A stretch of DNA of 64,000 bases from Penicillus capitatus (taxonomy: Eukaryota > Plantae > Chlorophyta). The notes beneath the pieces are model-generated. The model saw only the letters and a list, made by a program, of their open reading frames with translations, did not search any database and was not told the DNA's origin. Within the stretch, counting starts at the first letter, position 1, and the number at the start of each line of letters is the position of its first letter. The translations under genes and the position numbers were made by a program. The stretch is taken from the NCBI GenBank assembly GCA_965649825.1, contig OZ287707.1, forward strand, positions 238,192 through 302,191, in the 5' to 3' direction. This document shows positions 13,347-24,195 of this stretch, one piece after another.

Positions 13347-14082
13347 TCATTGGCCGACCAGAACAAGGGGCTCCGGATCCGAGTATGCCGTGTCAGCAGA
13401 CACTGGCTGTACTTTACGTCGAAGACAGCAACACGGTGTAAACACAGACGGTGGTGGACGTTGCGGAAACTTAAACGTCGGCGTTTCTTGGTCTTCAAAC
13501 TTGAGAAGACCTCTTGTACAAAACTGAGATCTGTGCACACCACAGACACATCTTCAGTCCATCACATCGTCTGCATGACAGATCCGAACTCGGGAATCGA
13601 TAAACTGATGGACGAGGTCGTTGAAGCATCGCCCAGTGCAAGAGAGGGTACATAAGACATAGTCTCAGCATCTGTTGCCGAAATTTCTGATCCTTGCAGG
13701 GGGAGACGAAACGAAGTCACACGGTCTAGAGGATGCAAACCATAATCTGTACGGTAGAAGGCATCCGAGTCCCATCGCCTTGCTTGGAACTCTTCGTGTT
13801 TCAATGTCTCGACCCGTGTGTCTGCGTTCTCCTCCTCTTCCTCCTCGGCTTCCGTAGGTTCCTCTTCGGAAGCGGGTTTCTCGGAAAAACGGCGAATGAG
13901 CCAGTGGACGGTAAAGAATCCCGCACCAACAGCGGCCACTTCGAGACTCCCTTTACCACGGGTCGCCCATTCGAGCGGCTTGACAAGGGGACCCCAATAA
14001 GAAGATGGCATCGTAGTCACTGGCGATGGTGATGATGGCGGTGGTGGTGGACAACAATAAACGACACACGATTGGACGTCAT
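13347..14082 (-). CDS. Hypothetical protein with one TM segment and acidic tract (3' exons uncertain)
   Basis: ORF 13562-14020 reads WGPLVKPLEW...AAVGAGFFTVHWLIRRF...EEEEEE. A putative first exon at 14082-14070 joins it through a 50-bp GT-AG intron (14020-14069). Confidence 0.4.
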
Positions 14083-14847
14083 TGTCGTTGGTCCAGTTGA
14101 CAACTCAACTCATGTCGTTGTATATCCCACGACTGCGGCGTGCTGTTTCTGATTTCTTGCAACTGCCTTCGCAAGACACAACGATCGCTTTCGAAATTAT
14201 CCAAGTGCGCAACGCTCCTCTGCAAAGAACGGACGCACAGGACAGTGAGTAGGAGTCCCTGTACGATGCACGCACAGTGAACTCTGTCTATCACCTCCTT
14301 ATCGCACAGACCTCTCGAGAGCCTTTCAGGTAAACAGCGAAACGCCAGACATCTGAACGAACGGAACATCTTGTCAGTCCGTTGCTCGTGGAGAAGTCTG
14401 TTGGATTCATGCGAAGGCATTTGTTCAGGTATCTCACTCTTTTTGGCTCGCAATGTGTGACCTGGAAGGTGGTTCACAGATTTCCGCCATCGTCGGATAC
14501 CTTGCACTGCATTTCCCAGTTCTGTGCTTTCGTTTTGAAAATGCTTGCCAACAGATCTCTCAACGAGTGTCCTGGTAGATACCGTCCTCCACGCAGTGGC
14601 CCTTTTCCAGCGCAGTTTCTGTGTAGCTCTCCAGAGATCGCTGCATTTCTTACAGGCCTTGGTCACTCAACTCATCGCGGATGCGCAACTCGTATCGGCC
14701 AATTCACAGTGTTCGGATGAACAGACGAAGTCTTTGGCATCTTCTCAGGTCGTCTTTTCTGTGGTCTGACACGTTTAGGTGCCAAAGCTCATTGAAACCG
14801 TCGACATTGGCAAGCGCACGATCCTGGGAACTCGGCACGAATGGCAT
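14079..14847 (-). CDS. Hypothetical coiled-coil protein (multi-exon, model approximate)
   Basis: Helical segments MPFVPSSQDRALANVDGFNELWHL, EMQRSLESYTETALEK and SLQRSVAHLDNFESDRCVLRRQLQEIRN...QLDQRQ* are separated by intron-sized gaps. Confidence 0.4.
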
Positions 14848-14884
14848 TCCAGAATCGGAGAACGGAGATGTGCATTCGGTGGGA

Positions 14885-17800
14885 ATGGGAAACCGATTGG
14901 GCAGCACATCGAATCTGCAAGCAGCGGCTGGAAGCGTCAGCGGTGTCAGCACGCACAGTCTCGAAAACACGCCTCCCCTTGTCCGGCGAACAAAGACACC
15001 CATCACGGCACCCGTCACCCCTGGGAGAAGAACCGATTCGACGGCCACAAGAGTGCGATCCGAAGAGCGTACGAGAGAAGATACTTACAGTGATGATGGC
15101 TTGGGATGCAGGGAATGTGGTTGAGTTCGATCGGCAGCGGTGTCCCCGTCGCGAGCGATTCTCAAATGCACCGTCGCAGTCGGAGCGGCTCACTGGCAGA
15201 ACAGTTTATCCACGAGATGCTCAAATTCAGACCTCCTCTGATCTGGATGCCAACCAGTCATTGCCCCCTGCCTCATATCTCGCATACAAGACAGGCAGTA
15301 TTGGGTGTTCCTAGGTGCGACAACAAATCGACAGTCGTCAGACGGAGAGGACGATAGCTGGCAGAATGTGACGAGTATGCGTGGACTGATGTGTACGGAG
15401 CATCTCTGGACAGTGGCCGGGATGCAGATGGGCCTCGGTTCAGGAGAGATGCGTCGGAGCGGATCCAATGCCATGGGCACCAGTCCGCTCTTCCAGTATC
15501 GTAACTACGAAGAGCAAGAGAGTCTGAAACTGACATCCAAAGACATTGCTGTCGTGGTCGACACCGTCTGTCGCTCCCAGTGCATCTCTGAGGAATCTGT
15601 ATGGGGCGAAATGGATGTGCACGAAATCTGGATAGCCGATTCGAACGGAGCCAAATCCATTGGCGAAGCCTGTGTGACGATTCTGATCAAATTGATCATG
15701 GATATGTATCTGGAGTATGGGCCCAGTGTGTCGTACGTTCTCGTTCTCCAGATGTTACATCAGTCCTTGCTCAATGCCGATGCCGTTGTCCGTATCCGAG
15801 CATTCGACTTGGTGTACAATCTCTCATTGCACAGTTTAATGATGTCAAACACCTCAGGAGCCTCTTTCTTTGAAAAGAGTGACGATGTCATCGACAAAGC
15901 CGCCGCCGCCAGCCATTCAGCATCGCGAGACCAGTCCTCACCAGAAAAGGCAACGACACGAAAACTGGACACGCTGAAAGAAGAGGCAGAGACGAACACA
16001 TCGCCAGACAATGTCGTTGCTCTCTGTCAGAATCGCTCGAGGTGAATGGTGTGTAGGATCCTCTCCTGCATTTGATGCCCTGGGTGCGCTCTCTGCTCTT
16101 CGATCTCATCACGCTGAGTGCACAAGTCTATCCACTCGTCGTGTCGACGTCGCTTCATGTCTGTGTGGTTTAGTTAGATGAGAAAGATGAGTCTGTCTGG
16201 TTGGCTGCTGTGGGCTGTTTCTTTCATCTGACAACAGCCAATGGAGAATTCCTACTCTCCACGCTGCAAAACTTCCCAGTCTCTGTTATTTCTAAAGCCT
16301 TGAGAATCGGCATCGAAGCCGGATGGTATATCCATATCCTGTTCTCGCGCTGACGCTTGAGATGTGACAGGTCGGATGAGATCTACTCACACCTTCTCAG
16401 ACTGCTGATCAAGCTTCTTTACGTCTCGAACAATGACAGTGCGTCTCCCCGACGAAGCAAATGCAAAGGGATCTTGATCGGTGGATGCGTGTCTAGGCAG
16501 AATCGTCAACGAAACACGTCTCAAACAGTGCGGCGGCATCGAAGAGATTCTGTTTCATCTGCGGACCACACGAAGCATGCTGGATGCCTCGTTTCTGGTC
16601 CAGCTCATTATTGACTATGCCTCACTCAAAACAAGTCTGCCATTTCACCTCAGACGGGCGCAGTGGTATTGAGAGGAGGTCCTTGTAGATGGCGGCGCAG
16701 AAGCAGCAGCACCACTGTTGACAAATTTGCTCTCCGCTTCGGCCATGGATGTCATCGTCGCTCGATGTCGACACGGAGAGAAAGGAATTGGAGATATCCT
16801 CCAAGTGGTTCTACAGAACTGCATCATCGAGAAGAACGTCCTACAAGATTCGCCAAAGAAGCCTTTCCACCATCGCTACAAATCCCAATCGTCGTTTCTC
16901 TCGAGCGAGACGCCGACATCCATCCAACCAGGCATCGATCCCGAGGCACTCGATTCATGGAGGGTCATTCTAGATGACATCGATGCGCTTTTGTGTCGTT
17001 CCTGTGTGAACACCGCAGTGCAGCAGAGGCCCTTCATCGAACTGGGCGATCCCAGAACACCTTCGACTGTCGCCTGGAACTGCCTAAAGGACTGCATGGT
17101 GAGCGACGTCCACGAAGACCGATTGGTCGGTGTGTACTGGATACGAGATTTCTCGATGTCTCGACTGCAACAACAACTCCTACAAGAAGATCGATCTCAG
17201 ATGGTACCACCCACCCACCCCTATCTCTCACTGACCCATTTCTCACTCTTTTCTCACAGTCACTGCTTCCAGAACCATCCAACTTGGAGGATACCGAGAA
17301 TGAACATGAGATGAGGGATAGTGACCGTCTTCTGAGGATACTGCATGAATGGATCGGTGTTCCGGACACGCAGGTGGGTATGGAAATGGCGATTCTGCTG
17401 GAAGAAATCGTGGCCAGATTGGTCACTCTTTCTGAGCCGTGTGATGATGCATCGCTCGCAGATCTGCCAACACGTGTCATCATCCATCGACTGGCGACGG
17501 TTCTCTTCCGCACCCTGCATTCCTTACTCCAGTGGATACGCCTCCTGCCTTTGGCCTCCAGGTCATCCCCATAGCCAAATCTGTTTCTAAGCTTGCCTGA
17601 ATGCAATGCCAATGTCTTGCAGGAGACGACCATTGCTTTCCATCAGTTTCCAAGTGTGCCAAGTCGTCCATGCGCCTCATGTTATGTCCGATCTCTCGAC
17701 GGTGCCTTCTCTCGACGGTTTCACTTCTCTGCCTGGCCCCTTCATCTACAATGAGTATATCTTTGGCACCGGATACGTCTATGTACGTCTTCTCCGGACG

Positions 17801-18262
17801 GCACCCATCGAGTTCCTGTTGGATCTGATTGCCGATCTGGAGCAGTTCTGTCCAGTCTATCACGATGCCATCGGATTTCATGGACGTCCCGGACACAAGG
17901 GAGAATCCAAAAGTGGCCCGACCAATGTTCCGTGGACAGATACCGTCTCCGATATCCGCGCCGCCCTCGTTCTGCTCCTGCTGCATCGTTGCAACATGGA
18001 TGCCAAGGCCAAAGGGAGAATGGAGAATATCTGCTCATCTCTGTTAAATGACAGAGACGTCCGCGTCTGTTATGTCGCCAGTCGACATCTCCTGAAATAC
18101 ATCATGGAAGAAAAATCTGCCGTCTGTCGTGCAGCTCTACGTCAGTTCGTTGCGAAGGCTCAACAAATGAACAACGAACGGCTGGTGGATAATCCTTACT
18201 TACAAGTGAAGCATATTCTAGAATCAGATGTCCATCATCATCATCACCAACGTCAAATCTAG
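14885..18262 (+). CDS. Large conserved plant-type ARM-like protein (resembles Arabidopsis At3g12590 family)
   Basis: The segments ILIKLIMDMYL...VRIRAFDLVYNLSLH, GYVYVRLLR..P, SDIRAALVLLLLHRC, DVRVCYVASRHLLK and RQFVAKAQQMNNERLVDNPYLQ are recognised from memory of this family. It has many short introns. Confidence 0.7.
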
Positions 18263-18411
18263 TTTCCGGTTTTCGCACATTGTGTTTAACTATGTGATCC
18301 CAATGATGACATATTCTTGAGCACACAATGCCTTTGCAGATGTGGTTGCTGCTGCTGCTTGATGAAAGATGCATCTCACTCATATGATGGATGGATGAAC
18401 CATGCATACTC

Positions 18412-19163
18412 TCATTGTCGCAGGAGCGACTCCGTAAAGAAATAAGAATCGTAGTATCCACCGAGTTTCTACATGAATGCCGTCCGCATCCCATCGGCTA
18501 CCTATTCCAGAAAGGCATCCATGCATCGTACCTGAATCATTGTAAACTCGAAAACAGCTGTCTCGTTCAAACGGTACTTGTGCACGACCCTTACGCGCTG
18601 TTTCCATGCAAGCTCAGAGACCTGCACGTCACATCAAACAGGGCAGAGAGGTGGCAAGAGGGATGGCCTGAAGAGAAGAGAGCGACTCGGCCGATGTGTG
18701 ATTGATGAGGACAGCGTACGGCTCGGTATGCATCATCCGGCGAAATCTTTCAAACTGACCCAGATCCATCCACCTACTGTAGGAGAGCATAGATCGGCGG
18801 CGCATTCTATGAGGTCACTCTTTTTACGGACCCAAAGTACTTAGAGCGGCGAAACGGATCAATGTGTGCAAATCGGTACATGACTTCTACGCCGTGATCC
18901 ACATAGGGAACACTGTTTTGCCTCAGGGCCTACTACCAGAACCCATTCCTTCAAGCAGAGGTCACACTTTTGGTTGATGTGACTTCGAGCTGGAGCTGCA
19001 CAGCCTGTTCCTTCGTCAGATCGACGCGAGGACGGAATCCCGTTTTCTTCTTGGGCAGACGAATGCTCTCGCCGCCGCCAATGTTGATGTGACCTGCGTC
19101 TCCAGGCAAACAACGAACGACAGGGTATCGAGCGTGACATCCGACGCTCAACGCCAACTGCAT
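18412..19163 (-). CDS. Conserved plastid-type hypothetical protein
   Basis: The spliced model reads ...DHGVEVMYRFAHIDPFRRSKYFG|RWMDLGQFERFRRMMH...AVFEFTMIQ|KLGGYYDSYFFTESLL, which matches a conserved uncharacterised plant family. Confidence 0.7.
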
Positions 19164-19184
19164 TTCCTTAATGGTATAAATAGG

Positions 19185-20059
19185 ATGATGGCATGCACGC
19201 CGCTATCGTTGGGAGTACCTCCGGAGGGAACGGAGCATCAAATTGGCATCCAGCAGATTGAGAACTATCTCTATCGACAACCCAATGTTCGTTCACAGTA
19301 TCGACGCTTTCGTGGGCCGTTTTGGGAAGATTTGACTATCGAAGACCTCAAAAGGCGGTCGCCAAAGTGGAAAGGCTTCTGGCAACGACATCCCCGTGAC
19401 GAGAGACGGCAGCTGGACTTGTACACCGTCCCCGGTTCCCTCCTCGCCCTCTGCGAGCGCATGGACGAAAACCTCTTTCAGTACATGGTCATTCTCACTC
19501 TTTTGACGTCCCCGCGATGCCGATGTTGCAGGTAAACTACGTGTATGTGGTGTTTGTGGTCACACTTGTTGTGATGGGACCCGTGCGAAGCCTATGCATG
19601 GCGATGACGCTCGTGTCTTATCTCTGCCTCCGAGATCCAGATTTGACGATTCCTGAGCCATGGGATCGACTGAGAGAACCTGCCCTGCAGTTCCTCTACC
19701 CCTTCGTTTCTGTCTTACTGGCGCTGTTGACGTCTTTGGGCGTTCGTTTGATCAGTGGACTGATCTGTGGGATCATCGTCGCACTTCTTCACGCTGCTCT
19801 GCACCGATCGCCATCGGAGATGCGTTACATCCGACAGAGAGGCATCGTCCGTTGGCTTCGACGACGACGGGCGCCTGTCGAAGGCATCCGACCCCTTTGG
19901 AGAGATGCGATGCAGCATCTGGAGACGTGGATGGCAGAGATGCAGCTTCGCTTACAATGGAAGCTTTTACGCTTTCGTGAGTTTGTGGGATTGCTGCGGT
20001 TGACGCTGAAGCAGAGGTTTTACAGAAAGGTGCCGAAGAAAGCCTGTCTCTGGTCGTAG
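19185..20059 (+). CDS. PRA1 (prenylated Rab acceptor) family protein
   Basis: RMDENLFQY|VNYVYVVFVV is followed by two long hydrophobic hairpins ending IVALLHAALH, as in the PRA1 domain. Confidence 0.7.
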
Positions 20060-20127
20060 GACGGCCAGTCCGTTTTGAGAAGGAATGCCTCTCGTGTGGG
20101 TTCTCCACGCCATCCATGTCGGCGTGT

Positions 20128-21792
20128 TTATTTTGCTTCGCCTGTTGTTGGCATGTCTCGTGTCGATGCGTAAATGACCAGTGGGAAAATTTCAGCCATT
20201 CTGTACAGAATGCAAAGGGAAAGGGTAAAGATGGTTATGTAAAGTGTGCAGTGAGACCTGTCCATCAGGAAAGCCACGACAGTGGTGATGGCGATCAATC
20301 CCCACGTGATCTCAGGGACGTCGATGAACAGACGGTCTGGGAAGGCCTTGACAACCCATCCTCGCATAAATCCCAACAGCCTAGGGGCCAGTCCATCGCT
20401 CTCTTGACTTCAGCATCCCGTCTGCTGGTGTCTGACTTGGGCATCAGCAGGAGAAGAAAGTAAGGGAGGTAGAGATGTCGTCTGACAGGTTCGACGATGG
20501 CCTCCGATTCTTTCAATGCCTCTCTCCATCTCTTTCCTAATGAAAAGAGTGAGAGGGTAGGTTTGTGTGAGAGTCTGGGGGACTGCCTTGTAGAAGGGCA
20601 ACGCAGAGGGCCAGTTGAATGTTCATGAGCTTGCGGACGGCGAAGAGAATCGGAACGAGCAGGAGACAGAGTCCTTGATAGAATGCCGTCATTGCATTCA
20701 TGATAATGTAAACCAGAAGATATCGTGGAGAGTGGCCCAGAGATTGCCATGAAGATGTAAAACACTTCGAAAATCCTTCCCACGATGAACGAATCCACCA
20801 AAAACGTTTCTTCCCTAAACAGACCGCACATTCACAGCAACGCCCGGCGATCTCAGTCGACAGACCGGAGGAGGTCGTGGGCATTTGTAGACTGTCTTGA
20901 CAGACGAGCAGTGCCGCAGCGATGAAGATGCCTCGGAGGATGAAATCGAATGGCTTGAAGAGGAGAAATGTGATATCTGCCAGTTGCTGATAGACTAGAT
21001 ACATGCCCTTCAGGAGAGTCCATTCGCAAACAGCTAACCGTTGGGATCTCCACTCGTGCTGGAGGGATTGGGAATCATTTCTTGCGGAATGCTCTCTGGC
21101 GGAATGCCGAAGACTTGAACCGCCACTGCACGGCACCAGGAGGGCATTGGACGTGATGTGACAGGCGTTAGTGTGGCTGACTTGCGCAGACGGTCTTGTA
21201 CAGAATCCACACCAACGCAAATCTCGCTCCCGAGTTCAGAGCTGTCAGCGACATCAGCGTCAAGAGATTTCTCCGCAGCAATGCCGAACAGTCTCGTAGG
21301 TAGAGGCCCGATGGACTCGTTGCCCAAAACGATCGCCACCACGCTGGCATCAGTTGACCCCATGTGATCTTCTGAGCTTCCCTACACACACCCCTTTGCA
21401 TCCTCCCCTGAATACCCATCCCACTTCGATCCCGCATTTCCTGCGTCGAGATGCAGATCGACGGGAGCTGTTTTCGAGGACTGGGTCGTTTCAGAAGTGG
21501 AGAGCGGGGAATCGGCAAGAGAGGGATTATCATCTGAGGTCGCTGTGGCGACGAGTCGACGCCTGTGAAGTCGCAGACGGTGGCGGCGCATGTATGGTGT
21601 CTCCTGTCCTGTCCTTCGACATATCGACGCCCTTCGACTCGAGCTCTGCGATCCGTAACGGACCAGATCCCCATACGTCGCCGTCAATGCCAAGAGCCAT
21701 CGCGTCGGAGATGCAACAGAGCGTCCCGTGGCGGCGGAGCATCGCCTGGAAGACGTCTTCTCTCCGAGAGAGGCACAACGCCGAACCATCAT
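20128..21792 (-). CDS. Hypothetical multi-pass membrane protein with transit-like N-terminus
   Basis: Consecutive intron-separated frames give WWRSFWATSPSG, ARFALVWILYKTV, EWRSQRLAVCEWTLL, FILRGIFIAAALL and ITWGLIAITTVVAFL...*. No family was recognised. Confidence 0.45.
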
Positions 21793-21881
21793 CTTTAACG
21801 TGGCATCGCTCTCATCGTCTTCTTCAATCCCATTTACTCACGAGGCGCCGTCTGACGCACTTTGCTAAGCGCTTTGTTGAG

Positions 21882-23994
21882 ATGTCGACGCTGCCCGGCG
21901 ACGAGAACCTCTATCCCATCGCCATTCTCATGTCAGCCTTTGCGTCGCCCTTCGATTCTGAAACGCCATGTCGTGCAGAGACGAACTGAAGAATGACGAG
22001 GTTTCCGTCCGGCTGAACTCCATACGGCGGTTGAGCACCATTGCCCGTGCCCTTGGAGAGGAGCGCACACGGAACGAGCTCATTCCGTTTCTGAACGATT
22101 GCAATGACGATGAAGACGAGGTGCTCTTAGCAATGGCGAGTGAATTGGGAGACTTCGTGGACTACGTTGGGGGCGAAGACCATGCACACGTGCTGCTTGT
22201 TCCCTTAGAGACACTGTCGACAGTGGAAGAGACCGTCGTACGCGATCGTGCCGTCGAGTCGCTTTGTCGAGTGGGGTCGGTCCTCTCGACCAAGAGCATC
22301 TCAGAATTCTTCATGCCACTCATAAAAGTGCCAGCCACGTGGAATAACGGACGATCATAGAGTGCGTGGTGGATGGGTGTAGAGATTGGCAACGGGGGAT
22401 TGGTTTACGGCACGTGTGTCTGCCTGTGGTCTCTTTGCCTCTGCGTATCCCTTTGCTGAAGACAGTATCCGCAGCGAACTGCGATCTGTCTTCGCGGCGA
22501 TGTGTCATGACGATACGCCGATGGTGCGTCGAGCAGCTGCGCAGAATCTGGGGAAGTTCGTGAAGGCTGTGGAGCCAAAGCTCGTCAGTTCAGATCTGCT
22601 GCCTCTCTTTGGTCGACTGACACAGGACGGTGCGTTAGCGGAGGCCGTGATGTGACAGCATGTGGGCATGTATGTGTGCGTGCACTCAGATCAGGATTCG
22701 GTGCGACTCTTAGCGGTGGAGAGTTGCGGGCCCTTTGCTCAAAAACTGGTGGCTGAGGATAACTATCGCATGCTGCTGCCGATTGTTCAGAAACTGGCAC
22801 AGGTTCGATACAACGAAGGCGAAACCCTTGTTGGAGATAGCGTGGTGTGATCGCGCTGCCAGGATAAATCGTGGCGTGTCCGTTATAGCATAGCCGAAGT
22901 TTTGTGTGATGTTTCCAAGTCCTTTACGCCAGACATGACCAGGTCACACATACCTTCTCGAATTCTCACTCTTTTGGACGCCGATCGGATGACAGGGATG
23001 AATTGACACCAGCTTTTGTTCAATTGCTGAAAGATACGGAGCCGGAGGTACGTGTGGCGGCTGCGGGGAAAGTGTCACCCTTCTGCAAATCCCTAGAAGC
23101 CAGTCATGTAGGCACTCTTTGTGATGTGACGTTTCCAATGGGCCGAATACGTGCCGGTATGGATGGATGTAGATCGTTGAGCAGATTGTGCCCTGCGTTA
23201 AGGAACTCTCTTCAGATTCTTCTCAGTATGTCCGGGCCGCGTTGGCGTCTGTCGTGATGGAGCTCGCTCCCAAGCTGGGGAAGCAGCCGACCATTGATTA
23301 TTTACTACCCGTTTTTCTGTCTCTGCTGAAAGACATAAGTCCAGACGTCCGTTTGAACGTCTTCAGTAACTTGGATCAAGTCAATTCTGTCATCGGGGTG
23401 GAGTTGCTGGCACAGAGTTTGCTTCCGGCGCTGGAGGAGCTGTCGGAAGACAAGCATTGGCGCGTTCGTCTTGCCGTGATCGAACACATCCCTCTCCTTG
23501 CCAGCCAACTGGGTCCAGAATTCTTTCAGGAGAAACTGGGCGCTCAGTGTATGAAATGGCTCGAAGATCAAGTCGCGTCGATTCGTGAGGCAGCCACCAT
23601 TGCCTTACAGAAAATCGCTAAAGAATTTGGACCCGTTTGGGCGAAAGAGTATCTCGTTCCACAAGTGATCCAAATGATCGAGAATCAACATTACCTCTAC
23701 CGGATGACCGTCTTGGTCACCATCTCGATGTTAGCCTTGGTCGTCGATGGCGACGTGGTGCACGGACTGATGCTGCCTGCCATTATCGACTGTGCAAAAG
23801 ATCCCGTGCCCAACGTAAAATTCAGCGTCGCTAAGAACCTGCAGAAGATGATGCAGGAATCCGTTTTGGAGAAGACCGCCGTCAGTCAAGTCGTGCAGCC
23901 CTGTCTGAAAGAACTGTCAGAAGATACGGACGTCGATGTTCGATTCTTTGCCTGTCAAGCGCTGAGCACATGTGACAAACTCCTCACTGTTTAA
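21882..23994 (+). CDS. PP2AA: Protein phosphatase 2A scaffold subunit A (PP2A-A, HEAT repeats)
   Basis: Motifs LYPIAILI|[82 protein letters not shown] and DPVPNVKF are present. Confidence 0.97.
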
Positions 23995-24072
23995 ACGCAT
24001 TCAGACAAAGGGTGAAAGAGTGATGGATCGATGCCCGTCACCAGAGCACAGGACGATGAGCCGTGCTCAGTC

Positions 24073-24077
24073 TGTAA
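24073..24077 (+). promoter_or_regulatory. TGTAA polyadenylation signal (PP2A-A 3' UTR)
   Basis: TGTAA lies 79 nt downstream of the PP2A-A stop. Confidence 0.5.
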
Positions 24078-24195
24078 CTGTGAGAGCGTCTTTCATAACA
24101 ACAGACGCGCCGAAACAGTTCATTAAACCTTTCAGTTTAGGGCAACAGTCAGTTAATCAGGATCGGTGTCTGTACACGGCCGACCACGCCTATGC

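Noticed and set aside
14021-14050. CAC/CAT trinucleotide runs (also His5 at ~18232-18246 and a Glu run at ~10674-10688)
   Set aside because: These are short low-complexity tracts in an intron or at protein ends, with no evidence of special function.
21882-23994. PP2A-A as the donor of the NLR HEAT repeats
   Set aside because: The period and consensus differ (PP2A-A ~39 aa, divergent, intron-interrupted) and no shared DNA tracts were seen.
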